Source of the DNA: Vicinamibacterales bacterium
Lineage (GTDB): Bacteria; Acidobacteriota; Vicinamibacteria; Vicinamibacterales; UBA2999
Length of the DNA: 64,000 nt
Assembly (NCBI GenBank): GCA_050250955.1
Contig: JBFWNR010000004.1
Coordinates: forward strand, 437,524 to 501,523
Direction: 5' to 3'
Position numbers and translations under genes: made by a program. The notes below the pieces were generated by a model. It was not told the origin of the DNA. It ran no database searches and saw only the letters and a list, made by a program, of their open reading frames with translations. Below, in pieces: positions 58,134 through 64,000 of the stretch. Each line of letters opens with the position of its first letter. Positions within the stretch are counted from its first letter, which is position 1.

Positions 58134-60148
58134 CGTGACGATCGTATCTGGAGGCGGTACACCGCCACCGGCCAGGGCCGCCCATCGAGGCGCCGGGCGA
58201 TGGTGCCGGGCGGACGGGAGTCGCCGGGATCGAGACGGCGCACGCCGAGGCTGACGATCTCGATCCGATTGAAGCCGCGCCGCCACAGCCCCGCTGTGGC
58301 GGGCACGGTGAGCCGTTCGGTGGTCGGCGCGTCGGCCGGCACCTCGAACTGGCCGGCTGGCCGGCCGTTGACCCGCAGTTCGAGCCGCGCCGCGACGGCG
58401 GGTTCTTCGTAGCGCGTCCGCGCCGTGATCTCAAGGGTCGCGGGCTGCCGGGCCGGCACGTCGAGCGGCACCGCGATGGTGGCCGGCGAGCCGTTCAGCC
58501 ACCAATGCGCGCCCCACTGGTCGCCGCCAGGCGCTTCCCAGCCGCCGAGCAGGAAGCGCTCGCTGCGCCCGTCGAAGGGGAGATCGACGTCGGCGCGGAC
58601 CGGCTCGCTGGCCAGCAGGTCGTAGCGATCGACCGGGAGACCTTCGCGCCACGCGAACCAGGCGTTGGCCGGGAACGCGAACGGGTAGAGGAAGGGCGAG
58701 CGTGTCGCCAGGTCGGCCTGCTGGCGGATCACGCGGCCGAAGCTGACCGGCTCGTCCTTGGGCACCATGCCGGCGGTGAACTGCACCATCAGCCCGTAGT
58801 TCCAGACGACGGCCAGCGCCGCGACGGCGCCGACGACGAGGTGCGGCCGCCGCACGGCGCCGTCGAGCACCAGCGCCAGGCCCGGCGCCAGCATCACCAG
58901 CACGCTGGTGAAGCGCCGGCCGCCGAACGACCAGCCGCCGGCCCAGTCCACCGTGCTGCCGTTGACCCAGGCCATCGCCAGCAGCAGCCCCAGGGCGAGG
59001 AGCGCCCAGCGTAGACGTCGTCGGGCGAGCGCCACGGTACCGACGACCGCGACGTAGACGACCGGTGACCACGACAACAGGCCGTGCCACGACGAGAACA
59101 GGGTGTCGATCCAGCGCGAGTGCCACGGGTCGAGGTATCCCTGCTGGCCGACGAGCTGGAAGTCGTTGCTGCCGACCAGGACGGCGCTGTGCACGGCCTG
59201 CAGGACGAGCCACGGCGCCGCGCCGACGACGGCGTGGCGGGCCAGCCCGAGGAGGCGCGCGGTGCCGCCCGCGCCGGGACCCACGGCGAGCACTGCCGGC
59301 ACGACGGCGAACAGCGCATCCTGTGGGCGCATCAGGAACGCCAGCGCCGCCAGGGTGCCGAGGCGGCGGGCCGCCGTCGGGGCGTAGCCGTCGGCGGTCT
59401 GCCAGCGCACCGCGAAGTAGACGAGCACCGCCACCGTGCCGAAGGAGGCGGCGTGGGTCATCGACGCCTCGTACACCATGTACCAGGCCAGCGGCGTGGC
59501 GGCGAAGATGAGCAGCGTGGTCAGCGCGGCAGTGGCGCGCCCGTGATCGCGCCGGACCAGGGCGTGCACCGCCGCCAGCCCGGCGGCGCCGACGGCGAAC
59601 GACCCGACGAGCGCCGCGCGCACGTAGGGCAGCGTCAGCCCGCGCATGGCCGGATCGCCGCCGGCCAGGACGCCGACGGCGCGGCCGACCGCGTCGATGG
59701 CCGCGACGACCAGGTAGAGTGGCAGCCAGAACAGCGTCGGCCCGACCGGCACGAAGTGGCTCGGCCGCGCCGGCTGGCCGAGCAGCGCGAACTCGCGGGC
59801 GACGTCGAGGTCGCCGTCGACGACCACGCTCCGGAGTTGCGAGAAGTAGATGGCGCCGTCGGTCGTGATGCCCGGGGCATCGGCCACCTGGATGCCCATC
59901 GCGTAGAGCAGGGCCGCGCCGAGCGCGTACCAGTCGGCGTGCGTCGCCAGGTGGGCTCGCCACGTCGTGCCGTCGCGAGCGGCCAGCGTGCGGGCGACGA
60001 GCCAGGCCGGCACGGCACCCAGGGCCACGACCAGCCAGTGCGACGGCCGCGGTGGCACCCACAGCAGCCAGACGGTCCACGCGGCGACGGCGACCGCAGC
60101 CGGCCACCACCGGCGGAACGTCAGGAGGCTGGAGGACGCGTTGGCCAA
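58130..60148 (-). CDS. Large polytopic membrane protein, GT-C-like (ArnT/PMT-type glycosyltransferase-like) with a C-terminal beta-rich extracytoplasmic domain
   Basis: 672 aa with about 12 predicted TM helices, an early acidic loop (SVVVDGDLDVAREF) as in GT-C enzymes, and a C-terminal domain of about 170 aa rich in beta-strand patterns. TTG start at 60148. The assignment is by architecture only. Confidence 0.55.
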   Translation of the reverse strand: MANASSSLLTFRRWWPAAVAVAAWTVWLLWVPPRPSHWLVVALGAVPAWLVARTLAARDGTTWRAHLATHADWYALGAALLYAMGIQVADAPGITTDGAIYFSQLRSVVVDGDLDVAREFALLGQPARPSHFVPVGPTLFWLPLYLVVAAIDAVGRAVGVLAGGDPAMRGLTLPYVRAALVGSFAVGAAGLAAVHALVRRDHGRATAALTTLLIFAATPLAWYMVYEASMTHAASFGTVAVLVYFAVRWQTADGYAPTAARRLGTLAALAFLMRPQDALFAVVPAVLAVGPGAGGTARLLGLARHAVVGAAPWLVLQAVHSAVLVGSNDFQLVGQQGYLDPWHSRWIDTLFSSWHGLLSWSPVVYVAVVGTVALARRRLRWALLALGLLLAMAWVNGSTVDWAGGWSFGGRRFTSVLVMLAPGLALVLDGAVRRPHLVVGAVAALAVVWNYGLMVQFTAGMVPKDEPVSFGRVIRQQADLATRSPFLYPFAFPANAWFAWREGLPVDRYDLLASEPVRADVDLPFDGRSERFLLGGWEAPGGDQWGAHWWLNGSPATIAVPLDVPARQPATLEITARTRYEEPAVAARLELRVNGRPAGQFEVPADAPTTERLTVPATAGLWRRGFNRIEIVSLGVRRLDPGDSRPPGTIARRLDGRPWPVAVYRLQIRSSR

Positions 60149-60195
60149 CGGTTCGTCGTCATTGTACCGCCCGGGTCAACGCTCACCGCGGACGG

Positions 60196-61989
60196 CTAGG
60201 GCACGGTGATCAGCACTTCGTTCGAGACCGGACCGAGCCCGCAGGCGTTGGATGCCGCGACCTTCACGTAGTAGGCCCCCGGTGGCACCGCGCCGGCGAA
60301 CGACGTCGCCCCGCCCATCGCGAAGACGCCGAGGTCGATGGCTCCGGGTCCGCGGCCGGCGCCGACGAGGTAGTCGATCGGGCCGCTGCCCGTGGCCGGT
60401 GTCCACGCCAGCGACACCACACCGCCCGCCTCACTGGCGCTGAGGGCGATCGGCCCTGGGGCGACACAGCCACCGACCGTCACGACCACGTCGGGCGTCG
60501 GCGCGCTGCGCCCGCCGGGGCCGAGGCTGCGCAACCGGACGTAGTAGATCCCGGGCGGCACGCCGGCGATCGGCAACGGTGCCCCCGGCACCGCGGCGCG
60601 GACCACGTCGGCCGCGCCCGACGCCGACCCGGCTTCGAGCTCGTAGGCGGTGACCGGCCCGCCGCCGAGCGGCGGCAGCCAGGTGAGGTGCACGGTGGCG
60701 CCGGTCACCGTCGCCGCGACCGCGCGCGGCGGCTCGGGCGCGCTCGGCGGCACCACCGCCGACCGGAACGCGGCGATGAGGCCGGCGGTTTCGCCGATGC
60801 GGCGGGCGTTGTCCTGGAACGCGCTGCCGGTCGGGCCGCCGACCCCGGCCGGCTCGCGGACGGTGGCGCTCGAGTAGTTGAGGATGCGCGCCGGCGGGCC
60901 GCCGACGGCGAAGTAGGCCATCAGCGTCCGCACCGCCGGATCGCGATAGCCGCAGGCGTAGGTGGGGCACTGCGGGGTCGTGTCGGCGCTGTCGCCGGCG
61001 GCGTGCCGGGCCCCGAAGCTGTGGCCGAGCTCGTGGCTGAAGCTCCACTGGCCGGCGTACAGGCAGGCTTGCTCGGTCACGTTGTAGGCGTAGCTGCTCG
61101 ACGGGCCGAGCCAGGCGACGCCGCACCCGCCCGACGTGGTCGCGCGACCGGTCACCAGTGCCACCAGGTCGGCGCCGGTCGCACTCCGCGCGGCCTCGAT
61201 CGCGCCGTTGAGCACACCGCCCGGGCTGAGGGTGGACAGGTCGCCGCCGAGCCCGGCCGGATGCTCGGCGTAGGGCAGTTCCTCCAGGCCGACGGCGGTG
61301 AAGACGGCGTTGACACCGCTGCGCTGAAGGGCGGTGTTGGTCACCGCCACGGCGTTGGCGAGCTGGCCCTGGATCGCCGCCGCGCCGCCGGCCCGGGCGC
61401 GCGCGGCCGGCGTGTACAGGACCAGCAGGTCGATGGCGGCCGTGGAGCCATCCGCGATCTGGTCCTGCTGAGCGGACGCGTCACGCGTGGCGGGCGGCTC
61501 GGGTGGCGGCAGCTCCGCCGACGGCGGTTCGGGCAGGCGCTCGCGGATGACGATGTCGGCGGCGGGACCAGCGACGTCGTAGGCGACCCCGTCGAGCACG
61601 ATCGCGCCCGACAGGTAGGCGCCGTCCCATGTCAGGGCGATCAGGCTGGCGGCGTCGCGCTCGGCATGGCCGACCCAGGTCGTATGCGCGAGCCGATCGG
61701 CTTCAAGCCGTTCACGGACCAGCGCCAGCTGGACGTCGGCGAACAGGTTCAGGCGCGCCGCGGGCCGACCCGCGTCGTCAGTGAGCAGCGCGGCGAGGGC
61801 CGCCGGATCCAGGCGGACGCGCCGGGCGCGGCGGACGACACCGCGGTCGGCGCCGCCCGCCGGCGCCGCGGTCGCCGAGGCCTCGATGAAGAGCGGCGGC
61901 CCGTCCTGTGCCAACAGCGGCGGCCCCGCGGCCGCCACTGCCGTCGCCAGGGCGAGGATGGTGCTACGGCACCACGACCACGATCTCAT
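60196..61989 (-). CDS. Secreted reprolysin-like zinc metalloprotease (HELGHSFGARH) with two C-terminal Fn3-like modules
   Basis: Signal peptide MRSWSWCRSTILALATAVAAAGPPLLAQ. Intact HExxHxxGxxH (codons 319-329, 61003-61035) plus the Met-turn TLMAY. C-terminal modules end ...PPGAYYVKVAASNACGLGPVSNEVLITVP. The start overlaps the upstream gene by 26 nt. Confidence 0.8.
   Translation of the reverse strand: MRSWSWCRSTILALATAVAAAGPPLLAQDGPPLFIEASATAAPAGGADRGVVRRARRVRLDPAALAALLTDDAGRPAARLNLFADVQLALVRERLEADRLAHTTWVGHAERDAASLIALTWDGAYLSGAIVLDGVAYDVAGPAADIVIRERLPEPPSAELPPPEPPATRDASAQQDQIADGSTAAIDLLVLYTPAARARAGGAAAIQGQLANAVAVTNTALQRSGVNAVFTAVGLEELPYAEHPAGLGGDLSTLSPGGVLNGAIEAARSATGADLVALVTGRATTSGGCGVAWLGPSSSYAYNVTEQACLYAGQWSFSHELGHSFGARHAAGDSADTTPQCPTYACGYRDPAVRTLMAYFAVGGPPARILNYSSATVREPAGVGGPTGSAFQDNARRIGETAGLIAAFRSAVVPPSAPEPPRAVAATVTGATVHLTWLPPLGGGPVTAYELEAGSASGAADVVRAAVPGAPLPIAGVPPGIYYVRLRSLGPGGRSAPTPDVVVTVGGCVAPGPIALSASEAGGVVSLAWTPATGSGPIDYLVGAGRGPGAIDLGVFAMGGATSFAGAVPPGAYYVKVAASNACGLGPVSNEVLITVP
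60199..60750 (-). repeat. Two tandem intragenic Fn3-like modules (about 90-95 aa each)
   Basis: Both modules share the pattern ...V.L.W.......Y.L..G...G.......PPG.YYV...... The second is bracketed by Cys residues (C508, C583). Confidence 0.7.
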
Positions 61990-63901
61990 TCGACGCCCCG
62001 CTCAGTCCGCACGCGTTCTGCGCGACGACGCGCACGTAATAGGTGCCCGGTGGAGCGGGGGCTCCGGTGGTCGTCGCCGTGCTGCCGGTGTCGAAGACCA
62101 GCACGTCGCTGCCGCCGGTCTGGGAGCCGACGACCAGCAGATAGCTGGACGGGGCGGGACCGGCCGCCGGTGCCGCCCAGGCCATGGACACGAACGAGCC
62201 GCTCAACGCGAAGTTGAATCCCGTCGGGGCCTGCGGCGGTCCGGCGCAGGGCTGGACGACGAGCGTGACTTCGTTGGAGGTCGGGCCGACCCCGCACACG
62301 TTGGTGGCGGCGACGCGGGCGTAGTAGGTGCCGTAGGCGACGCCGGCGGCGGCGATGCTGGTGACGGTGGCCGGGTAGTCCTGGACGAGGAGATTCGCCG
62401 CGCCCGGCGCGCTGCCGACGATCAGCCGGTAGCCCTGCACGACGTCCGATCCCGGCGCCGACCAGTTGAGGGTCACGTTCTGGTTGTTGGTCGTGCCGCT
62501 GAGCAGTCCAGGCGGCCCCGGCGGCGTGCAGGCGCCGACGGTCACCTGGGCTTCCGGCGACGGCGCGCTCGTCCCGCCGAGATTCTGGGCGCGGACGCGC
62601 AGGAAGTAGACGCCCGGCGGTACGCCGGTGAAGACCGCCGTCGTGGTCGTCTGGTTCAGGGTGAAGGTGCCGATGTTGTAGACGCCGCTGGCGGTGCCGG
62701 CATCCACGAGGTAGCGCTGCACGGCCCCTCCGGTGGTGGCCGCCGTCCACGACAGGCTGACCGTCGACAGCGCCGCGGACGCGGTCAGGGCCGTCGGTGC
62801 ACCGGGCGGAGACGGCCCGCTGGGGATGCCCTGGTAGATGGAGGTGATGCCGGAGAGGTCGTCGGCGGCGAGGCCGCGCGGGCCGCTGTTGCACGACGCC
62901 GCCGGCAGCGTCTGCATCATCGCCCCGCTGCTGGTGCTGTGCCCGAGGCCGAGCGCGTGGCCGAGACCGTGGGTGATGGCGTCCTGGAAGCAGCCGGCGC
63001 TCGACGTCTGCGGCCCGGCGTTGTTGAGCACGACGAAGCCCTGGACGAACTTCTGATAGGTGACGCCGTTCACGGTCCGCAGGTCGCCGGTCGTGTAGTA
63101 GCCGCCACCGACCACCCAGGTCTCGGCAGTGTCGGCGATGCCGCACGGGTCGTTGTAGGCGACGGCGATGCGGCCGTTGCCCGTGAAGGTGTTCGGACAG
63201 ACCCCGGCGCCGACGTTGGCGTTCCCCTGGCGCAGGTCGAGTTCCATGCCCGAACCACGCCACAGGTTGATGGCGGCAGTGACGTTGGCGGTCGACCCGG
63301 TCCAGCTGCCGGGCAGCGCCGAGGGGTAGTCGACGAACACGATGCCGTCGTCGTCCACTTCGTGCCAGCGGGCCGGATACCCGCCGTCGGTCGGCAGGAG
63401 CGAGAAGGCCGGGGGATCGGTCGGGTTGGTGTACTCGGCCGGCACGGCGACGACGGTGGCAGCGGGATCCGCGGCCGGCATGGCCGCCACCGCCGCCAGC
63501 GTAGCCGCATTGAGCGGCTGTTTGCCGCGCCCGAGCCCGGCGGTGTGGAGGGTGCCGTCGCGCGGGCTGACGGCCAGCAGCAGGACGGTCTCCTCGCCGG
63601 GAACGAAGCGGGCCTGGCCGGCGACGAACAGCCCGATGCCGCCGACCTCACCGCCCAGCTGTTTGAGCACCACCCGGTCCGGCACGGCGCCGCGCAGGTG
63701 CCGGCTCACGGCCACCTCCACGTAGGTGACGATGGTCCGCGTCGGCGTGTCCCAGCGGCTCGTGACCTCGACGACGCGGCCGGCGACGGCCAGCGGCACG
63801 GCGGGCACGGCCGCAGCCGGCTGAGCGGCGGCCGAGGCCGGCACGGCCAGTCCCGCCAGCGCCGCGAGAACGGTCAGGACTCCGAGGCGGATCGTGGTCA
63901 T
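61964..63901 (-). CDS. Secreted matrixin-like (peptidase M10-like) protein with HGLGHALGLGH (catalytic Glu replaced by Gly) and three C-terminal Fn3-like modules
   Basis: Signal peptide MTTIRLGVLTVLAALAGLAVPASAAAQ. Matrixin signature AITHGLGHALGLGHSTSSGAMM...LAADDLSGITSIYQG with three His and the Met-turn, but GGT (Gly) at 62966-62968 where Glu is expected. Three modules end ...YYVRVVAQNACGLSGASNEIVVVVP. Confidence 0.8.
   Translation of the reverse strand: MTTIRLGVLTVLAALAGLAVPASAAAQPAAAVPAVPLAVAGRVVEVTSRWDTPTRTIVTYVEVAVSRHLRGAVPDRVVLKQLGGEVGGIGLFVAGQARFVPGEETVLLLAVSPRDGTLHTAGLGRGKQPLNAATLAAVAAMPAADPAATVVAVPAEYTNPTDPPAFSLLPTDGGYPARWHEVDDDGIVFVDYPSALPGSWTGSTANVTAAINLWRGSGMELDLRQGNANVGAGVCPNTFTGNGRIAVAYNDPCGIADTAETWVVGGGYYTTGDLRTVNGVTYQKFVQGFVVLNNAGPQTSSAGCFQDAITHGLGHALGLGHSTSSGAMMQTLPAASCNSGPRGLAADDLSGITSIYQGIPSGPSPPGAPTALTASAALSTVSLSWTAATTGGAVQRYLVDAGTASGVYNIGTFTLNQTTTTAVFTGVPPGVYFLRVRAQNLGGTSAPSPEAQVTVGACTPPGPPGLLSGTTNNQNVTLNWSAPGSDVVQGYRLIVGSAPGAANLLVQDYPATVTSIAAAGVAYGTYYARVAATNVCGVGPTSNEVTLVVQPCAGPPQAPTGFNFALSGSFVSMAWAAPAAGPAPSSYLLVVGSQTGGSDVLVFDTGSTATTTGAPAPPGTYYVRVVAQNACGLSGASNEIVVVVP
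61967..62827 (-). repeat. Three tandem intragenic Fn3-like modules (about 94-100 aa each)
   Basis: Module ends are PPGVYFLRVRAQNLGGTSAPSPEAQVTVGA, YGTYYARVAATNVCGVGPTSNEVTLVVQP and PPGTYYVRVVAQNACGLSGASNEIVVVVP. Modules 2 and 3 are bracketed by Cys pairs. The same cassette occurs in the neighbouring gene. Confidence 0.75.
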
Positions 63902-64000
63902 CGTGCTCCCAGCATAGCCTGCGGGGCGGCCGCGCCTGTCGAGGCGGGCGCGCCGCAGCCGAGATCGACGAGCTGATAGGTGGACATCGTGTACGGAAGA

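Noticed and set aside
63898-63987. A 29-codon upstream ORF (MSTYQLVDLGCGAPASTGAAAPQAMLGAR) whose TGA overlaps the ATG of the matrixin-like gene. LVDLGCG resembles SAM-methyltransferase motif I.
   Set aside because: It is too short, the motif sits far too close to the N-terminus for a methyltransferase, and the window ends 13 nt upstream, so the context is unknown. It could be chance or a leader peptide. This cannot be supported from the sequence alone.

Overview
Very GC-rich (about 70% by eye), densely packed bacterial chromosome segment. No rRNA, CRISPR array, transposase or integrase is visible. GroEL and other housekeeping sequences look Acidobacteriota-like; this is inference only, since no search was possible. 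I support about 60 protein genes, one tRNA-Ala(CGC), one intrinsic terminator and a set of promoter-like AT-rich islands.

Gene content in window order:
- ECF sigma / zinc anti-sigma / ispH / Spy-like / TolC / MFP efflux string (minus strand)
- pckA-gatB, ftsEX
- small ORF, glycerate kinase, rnr, selB
- tatA, tonB, glutaminyl cyclase
- groESL with a degenerate CIRCE operator
- purC-fis
- flippase-like gene, nrdR, NtrY-like kinase and sigma54 activator
- a roughly 12-gene coupled chain: RDD, pgpA, cinA, plsY, gpsA, ftsY, ribD, ribE, ribBA
- the conserved ffh-rpsP-KH-rimM-trmD-rplS-rnhB block
- TPR / thiE-like / RodZ-like string
- a peptidoglycan recycling plus synthesis operon: nagZ-ldcA-mpl-pxpB-pxpC-murB-murA
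- a minus-strand accessory-looking block: two secreted metzincins with shared Fn3-like cassettes, a GT-C-like membrane protein, a GNAT, tRNA-Ala, a LolA-like gene and a TPR-lipoprotein secretin

Most of the window is ordinary core genome. I found no clear-cut new defence or mobile system. The items most worth a second look:
1. A 77-codon two-TM ORF with no canonical start, in frame directly after the TAG of the TPR gene.
2. A matrixin-like protein whose catalytic Glu is Gly (HGLGH).
3. The protease / GT-C / GNAT / LolA / secretin neighbourhood.
4. MurA with Asp at the fosfomycin-target Cys position.
5. pxpBC without pxpA inside the murein operon.
6. Leaderless or extended -10 promoter signatures.
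7. Inverted heptamer arrays around the groEL terminator.

All functional calls come from motif and family recognition by eye. Start codons at several junctions are uncertain.
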